NCBI GenBank assembly: GCA_013265495.1
Contig: MU057865.1
Coordinates: 372,001 to 436,000, forward strand
Reading direction: 5' to 3'
Source: Vicugna vicugna
Taxonomy: Eukaryota
DNA length: 64,000 nt
The position numbers were made by a program, and so were the translations under genes. Positions 35,751 through 49,990 of the stretch are shown in pieces. The notes below the pieces were generated by a model. It was not told where the DNA came from. It saw nothing but the letters and a program-made list of their open reading frames with translations, and ran no database searches. Numbering within the stretch: position 1 is the stretch's first letter; every line of letters starts with the position of its first letter.

Positions 35751-37912
35751 CCAGGTAAGAAGCAGGCAAGGTGGTAAGATTTCACAGCCCCTTTCCTGTG
35801 TGAGGAATTCACCACTAACGTTAGATCATGGGCGGAAGAGATCAAAGAACACTAAAACTCTCCTGGGAGACCCTTGGATGAAATTATGTTTTCTCCTGTG
35901 TTTTGGTTGTGGATTACGTAAGTCTAGTCCCTAGGGTGACTTTACAACTTTTGAGGCCAAGACGTGGCTTCCAAATGACGTTGCACTAACATTATAATAA
36001 AGTAGACATATGTCACATTAGCTAGTGAGATTAGGGTGACGGTCATGCTTTGAACTCTATCTTCTTTAGAATATTTTCCTGACCCTCTGCCTGCTTTGAC
36101 ATCTTCATTCTCTCTAGTATTTTTTTTTGTGTGTATTACACACTTGACATACTTGTTACATCATATGACTAGTTATATGGAGAACTCAGATGTCAGCTTT
36201 GATTCCCTTTCTTCTTGAAATCCAGGTTACCCTTGTTCTGTGTAAAGTCTATTGTCTTCCCCAAGATTTTCAAGACTTCAAGAGTGGGCTATGTTAGTAA
36301 GGTTCACATCCGGCTCTAATTTCTTGTCTCCTCTGAATTCCAGATTTTCCATCTCGTGTTTTCTCTGTTTATTTCCACTGTGGCCTCTACCCATGCATGC
36401 GTCTTAGCCTATTGCTCCGATTTCCACAAAAATATCAGTTTTTTTTTAAATTTGTTTTTTTGCACTTTTCAGACTTTACTGAAAGTTTGGGGAGAAAAAT
36501 GGAGTCTGTGCCCTAGCAAAACAAAATCTTATAATCCAGTACTAAGCCTGTTTCTCAACAAAATTCCTTCTCACACGTTTCTAAGTTGCTGAGTCATTCT
36601 CTTTCTTCTCCCGCCTCCTTCCTTCCCTACTCTGATCCCAAGAAGATCCAGTATTTCCTCCCCATTTTCTTATGCAAAGAAATTCAGCTCTCTTTCGGCC
36701 TTATCTCCAAATTTGGGTCTTGGCCTTTCTTTGCATAACCAAACGCTCCTCAAAGCTTCATCATTATCAGACTCTTCAAGGCAAAGCAGAGATTTCTTTT
36801 TTCAGTTACTTATTAATACAAATGTAAATCATATCTCCCCCTTTAGAGGCAAATTTCCTTAAGCATAAGAATAGAATTTTTCTCCTTCTTTGCTATTCCT
36901 ATATAAAATTTAGGGGTTGGTTTATTCATACTTGTTTGTTTGAATAAATGGACACAAAAGAGAATTAGGTATAAACATGAAGTGAGGGAAGAAAATAGAA
37001 AAGAGAAACAAGAAGTTCCCACCACCTCACCTGTTACTCAGGTGGGCTCAGAAATACAGACTACCTGGAAGCCATATCCAATAGTGTCCTTGGTATCTGG
37101 GTGAGGATGACAGGTAATAGCTTAATTCCTCCTTTCTGCCCTAAAACACTCTTTGCTTGCTTTCTGCCTCTTTTGTTGGATTCCTTTCCTTCTTTTGTCA
37201 TCTTTCCTACTAACTGATTTACCCTTTAGATTTTAATTTAAAATAATGAAAATAGTAACAATAATTATGATTATTTTGACTATCTAATTTACTCCTTGGC
37301 TAACTTGATTTACATTCCGCTGGGTGAAGGAGAAAATTTCAGGAGCTAGATCTTTTGGTCATGCGTTTCCCCGGAGCTGGGAACAACAGCACGGAGTTCT
37401 GCCCTAGATAATCAAGAGATTCGAGCAAAACCAAAACAGTAGGAAATGTGGAAATTTGAAGATCCAGACTGGGATGCTAGAGGGTCATCTGAACCAAAGT
37501 GGACCAAGGCAAGTTTTGAAGTCAGGGTATGGAGTTGAGAATTCCAAAATAAGCTAAACAGGGAAATGCAAATGGATGATCTGGCTGGCAGGGACAGGTA
37601 GGTGAACACTCTGGGTTTGGAGCAATTTTTAGGGCACCCATTGTTTTTCATAGATTTTTGTTGTTGTTGTTTGCTGCTTTTTTGTTTTGTTTTGTTTTTT
37701 TGTTATGAGCATAAAATAAGGGATTTGTGTTCGAATTGAAAGGGTACAGGGTAGAGTAGATACTGGACACTCTTCCTTTTGAAAAATAGAGTTAAAGTAT
37801 ATTTACTGAAAGCAAGCTGTGTATGAAACTGAGACTTTTACACTCTCTTTAATTTTTTGAGATACAAAATTATGCAAACTTATTGTAAACCCCCCAAAAG
37901 ATATAGATAGGG

Positions 37913-37952
37913 GTGTGTGTGTGTGTGTGTGTGTCTGAGACAGAGAGAGAGA
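37913..37952 (+). repeat. (GT)n followed by a short (GA)n microsatellite
   Basis: Directly visible. Confidence 0.9.
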
Positions 37953-40900
37953 CTGAGCAAGTGAAGGAGAAACAGAGAGTAAAATGTTCTTAATTTCAGT
38001 ACCTTTTACTCCAACTGGATTTCCCTATGTGGAGCCTCCACCATAAACAAGAATGTCACTGTTGCTAAGACTCATAATATTCTGTTTATTTGGTATCAGA
38101 AGGGACACATTTCTTTTCTCTTTTCTGACCCCTGGAAGAGACTTGTCTTTTGTTCTGTTATGAAACAATCTTCTCAAAGCTTCCTTTACTCTTGACCTGT
38201 GTTTTCAGACCACAAATGTACTCAGATTCAAATCTGTGGGTAGTCCTCAGTCTATGAAAATTGTACACCATCTTCTGCCATGCTATTTTATTTGTTGTGA
38301 CACTGTAGCCTCCTGTGTAGGTGGGGCCAGGCTATTATTACATGCTGTACTGTTTACAAAGGGAAATTCTCGGGTCACGAGACGCCGTTTTACAGGTCGG
38401 CCGAGCCACAGCATATAAGCTCTACTCTGTTGATGCCTTATTATGAGCCACCGACACAGAATAAATAAAAGCAATTCTTTTAATGAAGACAAAATGCACG
38501 GTTCATTGAAGGAAGCAGAAACGTCACTTGCAACTTTCAAAATTGGAGCATTTGATTGAATATTTGTACTGCTTTTCTGGCTAGCTATCAAAAGATTTAG
38601 ATGAGTATTGCAGAGCCCTGATAGCTGAATTTCAGGATGTAACCATAGAAAAAGGAAGCTCAAAAAAAAAAAGTAAATTTTAAGAGACAAATTTACACCT
38701 CAAAGTCTTTTGATTTCAAGAATGGTCAAGCAGGCCATATAGTTAGCAGCAAAACGGGATGGTGCATTGGAGCTAAGACAGCGATAAAGAAGGGTGGACT
38801 GAGGTAGAACCACAAGCCACAAGGCTGGTATTGGATCTCCCCAGTCTTCAGATATTACTCCCCAGTTTCCTCCCAGTGTTTGTTAACACCTAATTAGGAA
38901 GCTTTGGACTTCAGTATTCTCTGCCTACAATAAAAAAAACTATAAATAAAACACAGTCTCTTTTCCCCATTTTTTTCTAGAGACAGAAGAAATGGGCATA
39001 TACCACACGAGTGAATTCGACTGACAGGTGCTAAGCTTCTTGAGGATAAGGACTTGGGCTTCATTTGTTGTTTTGAATTTCCCACCACTCCTAGCACAAT
39101 GATGGGCACCAGATAGACAATAATGTATACTTTGTATTTGTTTTCACCTGTTGTTAAATATAAAGAGAATTGACCCACAGTTTCACTCGGATTGACATAG
39201 ATTGAGAGCTATTAGGAAGAAGGGAGATTTATGCCAATCTGAGATTGCTCAGGTGGGTGTCACGTGAAGGCTGCAGAAAAAGCCAGATGACCATTCAATC
39301 TCTATTCTCATCTAAAGCGTCTACTAGTCAATCTAAATACTTCTGATAAACTGTGTAATAGGAGGAAACAATCATAAAATGACCCTTTCCATTTGCTGCA
39401 GAGACAAGCAAATTAACTTTTTGTCACAGACCCATGTATTTTCATTGTCCTCTCTTAGGTAATATCAGAAAGTCAACATGGGTAGAGGAAACAGAAAAAA
39501 AAAAAAAGAAAAACAATTTGTTCCTCATTAAATGTTAGAAAAGTCCAAGATAAACCTATTTAAAATTGATCTGATAAGCCCCGAGAACCGTGAGGCACTG
39601 AGGTGTTTTCCTCGGCTAATGGTCTTCAGCTAATATTTATCCATTGCTTTGAGTAACCATTAATCTCCTGTGTTGAGAAACTCCACAGATGCAATTTCTA
39701 GGGCACTGAACCTTTCCACGTTTGCTGTCTTTTGAGTTTGGGTGACTTGGTTGGGGTGTACACTCAATTTCATTTAGTTTTCTTGGGTCCCAATTGCCCA
39801 GATAATGGCACCAAGTTTATTTAAAATTAGTCTATCTCCTTCCAGAACACAGCAGTCTGTTCCTGTGGTGTAATGAAGTTAGATTCATTTTGCCTTCCCA
39901 CACTTAACACTCTTATCCATTACTACCCTCTCCTCCCTGCAATACATTCCTTGCTATTTTTCTCCCCTGTAATTTGACATCAGGAACGGCCACACAGGAA
40001 ACAGCTGAGCAGTGTAAATGTCTCTGTAATGATCTCAAAGCTTCCCTACATGCTTAATGATATTAACATCCTCAAATCCATCTTTAGTGCTGTTTTTTTT
40101 TTTAATTTTTATTTCATTGCTGTGGAACAATCCCCATCAGCGTAAGTATGCAGCCAACTCAAGTTCATTTTTTAACCTAAGGGCATCAGATCCACCCCTC
40201 CCTTCCTCCCTCTTCTTCTTTTCTCTCTCTCTTTGCCCCAGTCTGGGTCTGACAAGTAACGCTTTTGGAAAAAATGACCACAGTTCTGAACAAAGCCTGT
40301 TGTTGCAGGTAATTGTTGAAATATCAAGGGTATTGCGTCCTCCATTACTTAAGCCCTCATTTGTGGTTTTCATGGTTTTGAGGAATGTTTATGGCTGACA
40401 GTCCTTTACGGCTCTATCCTTCAAGCTCCGGCTGGTACTGCTGAGAATGACCGCTTGAGTGACTGATAAAATGTCAAGATGCCATTATTTCCAAGAGACT
40501 GTTTGGGAGCAATAAGATCTGTTTCAATCTATCTCATCCACCTGAATTTAAGTCCTCAGGTTTAACTTCGTTGGCTGCTGCAAACCCAGTTGTCTCTGGG
40601 TTTTGCGAGAATCGTCATCATGGAAGGCAGAGAGGGTGATAATGATGGTCACACCATGACATTTGTGTTGTATTTCACTGTGCATGTTGGTGCAATATTT
40701 TGGACTTAATTAATACTCTCCAGGAACCTCAGTTTATGGATGGCAATAACCATATTTTAGATCATGTGAAATACTGCAACAAAAATTCAATTCATAAGGC
40801 AGATGGCAAAGCTGGATTTGAAGAACAGCAAAACAGGAAGATTTACAGTGAGTTTCAGAACTCTTCAACTGGAATCCAGCCGCTGCCAAAGCTCTGTTAT

Positions 40901-43900
40901 TTCACTGGAGGGTAGCAATCTGTGAGGGTCATTAGTGTCCTCATAAAAACTGAGATTAAAAAGTAGTCAAGTGAATAAATAGTCGTGGATTTCTCTATGC
41001 AAGGGATGTGGAGTTGTTTAAAAAAATAAGGTTTCCAAATGTTTAAAAGAAATCAATCTGTAGTCATTTGTTTTCAACCCAGAATTTACTAAAGTAATAA
41101 TTTTTAATGGAAAGAGAAAGATCTTGTTACACTCTCAAGTGTGCAGCCCAGAAGAAAATATTTCATAAGCAGGCATATTCTCTCTCTCTGAGCTCAGAAA
41201 AGAACTCAATGTGGAACCAGTCATGGTGGAGAAGAAAGGCTAATGAACAGAACGTTAGTAACAGCCCTGCTCAGTTGCCTTGGTGTTTCTGATTTTGGCA
41301 CTGTCACAAGCACCACATAAAAATGAAGCAGGATTCACATAAGTTTTAATATGATGGAGCACAAAGTTAACAAGCACTTTAGGTACCTTTCAGGTTTTCT
41401 GAATCTAGATGGGGAAGGCTACTGAGGCTGAGATCCAACCACCGAGGGACTCAGCAAGCACCTTGGTCTAAGTGCCAGAGGAAACGGTATTGTGAGATAA
41501 AATTTTTAAAAAGTTATAATAAGTAAGACTCTTGCAGCCTCATAGGATTTTAATTATTTCAGGGTAGACTTTTATGAGTGCTTTGATATATTTGTGAGGG
41601 CTTGTGAGTGTATAGAATTGGGAGTTGGTGTTCACGCTGTATTTTTTTCTATTGTAAAAATCATAGTCCTCTTCAGTTATCATGAAAATTAGTGGATGGG
41701 TCAGGGAGGGTAGGATAGAGCACTGATTTAAATGTGCCATTTTTGAATACCAGAGATCTTGGAAGGATCTGAAAAGTAGAGACACTCAGTAGGTATGTAT
41801 ATGACAACTAGAAATCTCTTAGGCAACCACCATTTGCACCCCACAAACCCAATTCTGGACAATCCTATTTCCAACCAGTGTCCTCGACCAGTTGGCCAAG
41901 ACAATATAAGTACCTTCCAGGGGGTCAGAAATTCAGATGTACTCCTATAAATCTTCTGTTTGTGTGAACTCTACACCAGCGTTCCCCTTGATGTGCCTTT
42001 GGCAACATCAAAGTACTGTGTTACGGGTTATAGATGTGCCAAGATATTTATCTCCATAGCCTTCCTGTTGGACAAGCAGGGCTGAGGGCAGCCACTGACC
42101 CCAGATAGTCACCTTTAGCCCTGAGCAACTTCGATAGATTAGCCCATCATGCCATAAAAATGGGTTGACTTTCTATGATGTCATGGCATATACACAGATG
42201 GGAAGTACTGCTCTAGACCTCAATATTTTTGGGAAATGAGAGTAATTCGACAAGTTGATTCCTAAGGCCCATTCCAACTCTAAAATGCTATAAGAATATA
42301 TCAACCTGCAAGTTAAAGCACCCAGAACTCCCTTTTCCTTTAACCATCATTCCCTCAACCACAGAGGCTCATAAAAATGGAATTAAAAAACATGGGAAAA
42401 TGTACTAGATTATATTTCATGTACTGGAAATATACCTTCTGAATTTTATTGGGCTCTGAGCACAGAAAGCAATCCTTGTTTTTGAGGTAGCAAAGGGGCC
42501 CAAGGAGCTATAACATGATCTATTATTTAAAAATATTGTTATAATCAAAGACCTGTGACATATCTCTGTGATCCATCCAGTCCTCTGCCTCCTCTGCCTG
42601 ATTTGTCGTTGGCCATCCCCAGAGGGTAGCTAGGTGAGCTCCCAATTCTATACAGAGAAGGCCCCCCAAAGGGAAAAATAACCATTGGCCCATTTCATTA
42701 GTCGCCACGGAGCAGTGTGTAAGGAGAAAGACATTGGAGCTGGCTGACTCTTCCATGTTCAATAACATTCTCTTTCTAAGGAATCAAATTTAATTATTTG
42801 TTGAAAAGGATACAATCATTTTCTCCTAGATACGGAGTCACGATGGTGGAGAAAATCATTTATTGTCTTCATTTTACTTTCAGAATTCCATGTCAGGTTT
42901 GCAATGATCTTGCGACATCTTCACGACCCTGCTTATTCCCTTGGAGAGACATCGCTCTTTATAGATCTCATAGACGACAAAGACAAAGTCTAATGGTACA
43001 ATTTTCATTCCACAAAACTTCATTTTAGCGCACAATTACTTCTATAGCCATCCTTGACTGATTAGAATGAAGTTGGCAATTCATTCCTTGATATACAGCT
43101 CCAATGTTTTTCAATTACTCTGTGTTCCTTGGTACATCTTTTTCTAAAGTAAATGAGATAATGGCTATGAAAGGACTTTGCAAACCATATGCCACCTTGT
43201 GAACGTAAGACATTATTATTATCATGTAGTTAATTAGAATATAAATACAATAAAAAATGATACTAATTTGTTCAACATTTTCTCCCACTTTGTCATCAAG
43301 CCTGTTTCCTTTAACTGTTACTCTGTAATTATTTTATGTGTCTTTGCTTACAACTACATGGAAGGCAAGGGTAAACTCAAAGCTCTTTTACAAACTGCCT
43401 GGTCCAGTATTTCTGTTTTTTTTTCTTGTGTGTGTGTTCTTGCTGTGTGAAAGGAAAGGGGACAGGAAGTATGTTCACTGCCCTTACTGCAATGATACCA
43501 TTTCATTAAGGAAACAAGATTAACATTTATGAAACCATCACAGAAAAACATGAGAAAGAATGAATAAAGTTCTCAAGTGCCCTAGACATTTGATGTCATG
43601 GGGGCTTGAGAAGACATGATGGCTCACAGATGGCTGTGAGCTCAGAGGACTGGGGAGACCCCTCTGAAGTTGGTGCCAAGCTGGTCCTTAGCAAAGGAAG
43701 AGGATTCGTGTTTACAGATGAGGGAAGTGTGCGTGAGTAAATACTTTTCTTAAAAATACCATGACACACTGTTGCTACCAAAATGTCCACTCTTCAGATC
43801 AGAATCATGTCTTTTAAAATTGCTACCCATTCACAAAAATTTTTGGAAAGAATATTAATAGCAGTAATGTGGTATACATTACTAGACCAGAGCTATCAGA

Positions 43901-44179
43901 ATGTGAGCTAAACATCAAATAAAGTCAGCAACTACTTTCTGGCACTCACTATTTGAAAGGATCTGCACTACATATTAGAAGAGACAGAAAGATAAATAAT
44001 ACTTGATCGCTTTTTTACTGAATAATCTAGGAAGTTGGAAATACCATTTTAATAGAGTGGAGAAAGTGAAGAATCAGTTAACCTAAATTTTATGCCCAAT
44101 TTTGCCCTTATTTGTTGTCAGAGTATGGAGAAAGGCTCTTACCTTTCTGAGGTTTTAGCTTTTCCTCTTATAAATGCAT

Positions 44180-44810
44180 GGAATATCAAGGTTTGATTGC
44201 TTCTCTTTGCCATCACCATGGCCATTGCTCTCGGGAAAGCTTTTGCCATCTCTGACTATCCCCATAGATATCTCTATGAACTCTATCTCCTCTCCTCCTC
44301 ATCTCCACCCTCCATGTATATGCCAGGACAATAAATTACTGTTCTTAACCTGACCATAGACCTCTCCTTACAATGCTAGAGGTTCTCTCTAGTGTCTCTG
44401 TGAGGGCAAAATCCCACAATCCATGCCCTTCCTCTTCAGTCTTCTAACCACTCAGGAATTCTGGGTTTATGCCTGGGTCATAAAGAAATTTCCTAGAAGC
44501 CCCATGCTGCCTCTTGCCTCTGGGAAATTTGCTTGTGCATGTGGTTCCTTTTATAGGAAACATTCTGTCTTATCTTTCTGAGGTGGACTCACTTCTTCTC
44601 TGAAGCCTCTCCCAGCTTCTTTCTTTCCTGCCATCCCTTCTCAGTGTTTCTGCAAAGCATCGTGTGTACCTAGTCACCAATCTCCATCTTGTCTGTACTT
44701 GCCACTCCCACTAGTCCATAATTTCTTTGAGGTCTGGCAGTTTACTGTATTCATGTTGACTTGGAACATAGGAGGCAGTCAGTAAATATTTTGGAATAAA
44801 TGAAGCCATG
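44180..44810 (+). mobile_element. L2 LINE 3' portion, degraded
   Basis: Pyrimidine-rich body ending in the L2 tail 'ttggaacataggaggcagtcagtaaatattttggaataaatgaa'. Confidence 0.6.
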
Positions 44811-44940
44811 AATGTATGGTCTGTGTTCTATATTCTCTGATAGTGGAAACTCATAGAACGGCGGTAGGGACAAATTATTATGGGCCTAAAAAGGAGACAG
44901 ACAGTTAGTCCTGGCTAGATGGAGTGAGTTAGTTAACTCT

Positions 44941-45349
44941 TTTTTTTAATATATATTTTTATTGAAGCATAATCAGTTTACAATGTTGTGTCAATTTCTG
45001 GTGTGCAACACAATGCTTCAGTCACACAGGAATATACATGTATTTGCTTTCATATTTTTTTCCACCACAAGTTACTACAAGATATTGAATAAGGTTCTCT
45101 GTGCTATACAGTATGAACTTGTTTATCTATTTTTTTATATAGTAATTAGTATCTGCAAATCTTGGACTCCCAATTTATTCCTTTCCACCCCTTTCCCCCC
45201 TGGTAACCATAAGTTTTTTTTTCTATGTTTGTGAGTCTGCTTCTGTTTTGTAAATAAATTTGTCTTTTTTTTTTTTAAGATTCCATATATAAGTGATATC
45301 ATATGGTATTTTTCTTTTTATTCTGGCTTAGTTCCCTTAGGATCACATT
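44941..45349 (-). mobile_element. 5'-truncated lineage-specific LINE-1
   Basis: T-rich tail, then 'attgaagcataatcagtttacaatgttgtgtcaatttctggtgtg'. TSD gagttagttaactctt (44926-44941) / gagtgacttaactctt (45350-45365), 14/16 identical. Confidence 0.9.
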
Positions 45350-45464
45350 GAGTGACTTAACTCTTGATGAATGAGAGAGAATTTAAAAGGCAGAAATAGA
45401 GAAGAATATAATTCTAAGCAGCTGGAACAGGAATGAGACATGGATAGAGCTAGAAATTTGGCTT

Positions 45465-45948
45465 GTTCCAAATCACCCCCAAACTTAGTGGCTTAAAAAA
45501 CAATTTGTTACTTTCCATCATGGTTGCATGGGTCGACGAGGCTCTGCTGGGAAGTTTTCACTAGGAGTGTCTTATGCAATTGTACCCAGAGAGCAGCTGG
45601 GGCTGGATCATCTGAAGGCTCAGCTGAATTGGATGCCCAAGGTGGCTGGTACTTCTGCATCCTCAGAACCCCGCCACGCGCCTATCCATCAGAGTAGCAC
45701 AGACTTCTTCCAAGGGCTCCAAGAGGCAAGAGTTGGAAGATGCCAGCCCAGCTAAGGGTTCTGCCAGGAAGAGGCACAGTGTCACTTTGCCTGTCCTGTC
45801 AATCAGAGCTGCCAGAGGGTCCATCCAGATTCAAGGGAGCGGAGGAATTGTCCCACCTCTTGTCGGGGAGAGGCACCATCACACTGCAGGAGAACACGTG
45901 AGGCAGGGGACCTTGCCGCAGCCCTCTTGGGAAATACCCTCGACCACA
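45465..45948 (-). mobile_element. MaLR LTR (MLT1F/G-like)
   Basis: 'cccccaaacttagtggcttaaaaaacaa...gctggggctggatcatctgaaggctcagctg...ccagattcaaggg...cacctcttg...accaca'. Confidence 0.75.
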
Positions 45949-48495
45949 GGACTTTTTTTTCTGGGAATGTGAGTGGGTCCTAGAAAGGAGAATGTGGACT
46001 CTTACACAGTCACGAAAGTTGTCCTAGACCCAGCGAGCTTTGGGTGCACAATCTCACTGGAGTTTTAATAAAAGGAGTGCCATTCGATCACTAGGCAGCT
46101 CATGGGAGTTTTTCATTCTGCTGGAGTACTTGCTCTTCATCCACTCTACTGAAGCTCTTTCTTTAGTCTAGGTTTGGTGTACATTGACTTATCTTGCTGA
46201 CATTGTGTATCTTACGATAGGCTATCAAGGTCTCTCTTTATTTTTTATGTTCAACATGGTCATTCATCTTGAGACAAAATGGAAGCTGAGCAAACTCCTC
46301 AAGTAGGCATATCTTCCGGAATATTTGATAGATTTCAGTGAAACTTAGTACACATAGAAGGTTTATAGGAATAACAGATTGCATTGGCTGATGGCTACAG
46401 ATTACTGAACTGCTAAGAGTGCTCTTAATACCTTCCAAAAAAATGGCTTGCAGTAACTGATGCCCTGGGAGAAGAAAATGTATTGGCAGAGGGGATAGAA
46501 ATTAAAAAAACAAAATTATGTAGTGATTTGGTCAATGACATAGCCAGACTATATAAATTTAGACACAACTGCCATTTGAGTGAAAACAGTTTCTTCTCCC
46601 CACCCCGCCAAAGATTCTAAATAATTATATTTCTACTTCAGGGGACTTGGAAAGGTACAGTTTCTGGTTCCAAGAGATCTTAGGAAGCTTTTCAAAAAGC
46701 CAGAGTTCTGTAAGTAACAGCCCATCTGTCCCCTAATTTTACAGTATTATTTTTTAACAAGAAAAATCTCTTCTGTTTTCCTGCCCACCTCTAAGCTGTA
46801 ATGCAAATGAGGTGGCAGGCTACCCTGATAGATGATTAACAAATGTTACTTGCTAATTTCCTGATGCATCGCCTGACTTATTTAAGCAAGTATTGGCAGC
46901 TGCACCACAGAAAATGCTACGTTAAACTTTGGTGCCATGTCAATGGCTCTACTAAGAGATTTTTGAAGAATTGAGCCCTTTAAAAAATCATTGGTGATTT
47001 TATAATGTGAAAGTACTTTTTTTTTTTAAAACATGTGAATGTATTTTTAAAAAGGTATTATTCACTACCTGAGAGTGTTTCCCATGAGGACTCTGATCCT
47101 AGTGTTAGAAGAATCAACTACTGTGAACTTAGCTTGGGTTTTATCTTGCAGATGCCAAGTGAGGTGACTTGCTTGCTTCCTTTGTAATTGTAGTTCTCTT
47201 GGAAACTTGGAGACAAACTTGTGTTCCCTTTCCAATAAATGCACTGTATTGTATTGTGCATACTTCCGAATTCTACTTTAAATCCTCAGGTACCAAACAA
47301 ATAATTAATGACCCCATGAGTGAATCTCAAATTGATTGTTCCAGGATTAATTTGCCATAACAGTTCCTTCACTCTATATAGGGGCATCACCCTCACAGAG
47401 TATGGAGAAATTATGAAGTACACCCCCCCCTTTGATTCATGCAGATTCATTAATCTTCAAGGTGAGATAAAACATGTATGTTTGGTTAGCTTTCACCCTG
47501 AATAATGTGTGGTTATGGTGATGGGCTAGGGAACAGCCAATAGTTTGAAAAATGGTGTGGTGATGTGGTTAGAGTCTCTGGTTTCTCCACATGGGGACTT
47601 TACTTTCACATTGACTTCAGTTGGTGAATATTATAGAAAGCTGAATTCAGGCAGGGGCTCGGAATTACTTTTCTGTTCATTGACAGACTGTCTACACTAA
47701 CCCCACATTTTTTATGCATTGTCTCACATATCTTCCCTGCCGAGGCTGTCAGGGAATCTGTGATTTGTGAGGCCAAGAGCACTGTCCTGTACTAAATATA
47801 TGCCAAGAGGAAGGGAGGGCAGTTTTGATGGCACATATATTTAATTTTTGCTCCACTGATTGATATAAGTGAGGAAAAAGTCTAGATTAACGAGAACAGA
47901 CCCTCTGAATAAAACACTCAAACTTGGATGCCAAAGCGTCGTCCTCACTCCAGAGTGTTCACGTCTTTATTTGTGAAATGTGCAAAGTATTCCTGTTGTT
48001 TAGCCTGTGGGTTTATGCACACTGTAAAAACAACAAATAACAATTTATGATGGAAATAAACCACGTTTGTGGTTCACTACCACCCAAACAGTGATGGCAC
48101 TGACTCTCAATCTCTTTGACTTTGGATTCCAAACCCAGTGACAAATGCTACCCAGCTGTCTGTCAGAAATAAATTCCTGGATTAAATCAACAGGGCTTCA
48201 GCTCCATCCAGATAAAACTGTGGCCACACTGGCAGCTGAAAAGCGTGACTCCAAGGGACTGACATGAAATGCATTCTCACTAGGCTCATGCAGTCACACA
48301 ACAGAGAACCAAGAAAATGCAAGTGGGTTTGAGTTAGTTTGCAATGCAAGCAAGTGAATATATATACCCTATCCCCATTTCAAGTCTATGCTCCATACTA
48401 GGGAGTGTGCGTTGCTCCTCTGTGGAAATCTTTTGAGGGCAGGAAATGAGTAAAACTTTGAATCAATCAACTACTCGAAATGTTGCAGCAAAGTA

Positions 48496-48936
48496 TGTTA
48501 CAGCTCAGTGTTACAGCAACCTGGATCCGGGCGAGAGACTAAGTAGCACTCGGAGGGTTGGAGAACTCAGGTTTATTACACTGGCAAGCCCAGAAGAGTT
48601 AACACTCCAAGCTCTGGACCCCGTCTGTAGGTTTACACAGGCTTTTATAGGCTGCCAATCTGGACTTTGAAACTTCATAGGCAAATAAGGTGTAACACAA
48701 GTTGACTAATTAGGAACGAGCTTTGTAGAAATGGACCAATCAGAAGTGCTACAAATGGACCAATCAGGAATGAGCTTAGGGAACCAATAGAATCTTAGGG
48801 GTAAGTTCCGCTTTCCTAGAAGCAAGCTGTTCCACAGAAGCACGAAAGCTAGATAATGCTGCCAGGCCAAGGAGCCGAATGGTGCTGGCAGGAAAGTAGT
48901 GGCCCTGCTGGTCTTTTCATGGGGCTTCCCACCTCA
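48496..48936 (-). mobile_element. Solo ERV LTR with intact promoter motifs
   Basis: TG...CA termini (the left end is ambiguous among 48481, 48496 and 48509). Minus-strand TATAAAA at 48649-48643, AATAAA at 48577-48572, and repeated CCAAT boxes. Confidence 0.75.
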
Positions 48937-49990
48937 AAATAATGACTAAGCTGTAGGTGCAGACCAGAGCATAACTCAGTGATAGATACAATTATGTGTA
49001 AGACACTTATTCTCTCCTGTGACCACTTTTACTTGAGAAGATGAGCTCTAGGAATAAAACAGAAGCAAATTCCAGACAAGCTGTACCAGGAGGAAGTCTC
49101 ATGGAAGTTTAAAAAGAGGTAAAATTTGAGTTATGTCTCACGGAAGAGAAAATGGATTTTTCTATATCCTTGTCACTCCTTTGGTTCACTGATACTGCGG
49201 GAATATTTACTTTTGAATTTCTTGGGAAATAAACCATAAATGATGCCCTTAAAATCTGACCCACTTTTAGCTGGGTATTCTGATTTGCAGATGAAAGTAT
49301 CCTGCCATGAAAACCAGCTGTTCTCGATTTAATCTCAAGCAAGTTCTAATGTATTCTGGCTTGTGTAGAATCAGCTAAAACATTCCCTTGGGATGCTGAC
49401 AGTTTTCAAATACATTGTGTTTTGACCCGGTGAGAGCATATATTTACTAATTCATAAAATACGCTTTTATGGAATTATTGTCTGTAAGAGAGACCCCATG
49501 CCAGGCACTGGGAATTTAAAGATTCATATGTCCTTCCTTTCACAGAGCTCAACCTACCTGGGGGTAAGGGCGAAAGGAGAGACAGAAACAACTAATTTTA
49601 ATGAATCGCACTAAGTTATGATGGAAGCATCAGTAAGATGCTCTGCAGTAACAAAAAAGGAAGAAGTGGTGTGGAAGGGAAGGGGTGGGACTGATGTCCC
49701 CAGAGAAAGTTTCTCCAGGATATTTTACAGCGTCTTCTTATTGCCAGGAATTGTAGACACCACGGCAGGACAGATTCATCATTTTACAGCCATCATTTTA
49801 TCTTGTCTAGAAATAATGCTTTGTGCAGGGCATATGGAAACATTTTCTGTTCAACAAAGAGCGAAAGATCTCTCCAGGGAGATAAGAAGAGGCTTGGATT
49901 CAAAGTTATGAGAACTGGTTCTTTCTCTGCCATTCACTTACTCTGTAACGGGCATCACTTCTGTTCCCGAACTCTTTCTCCCTCACCTTC

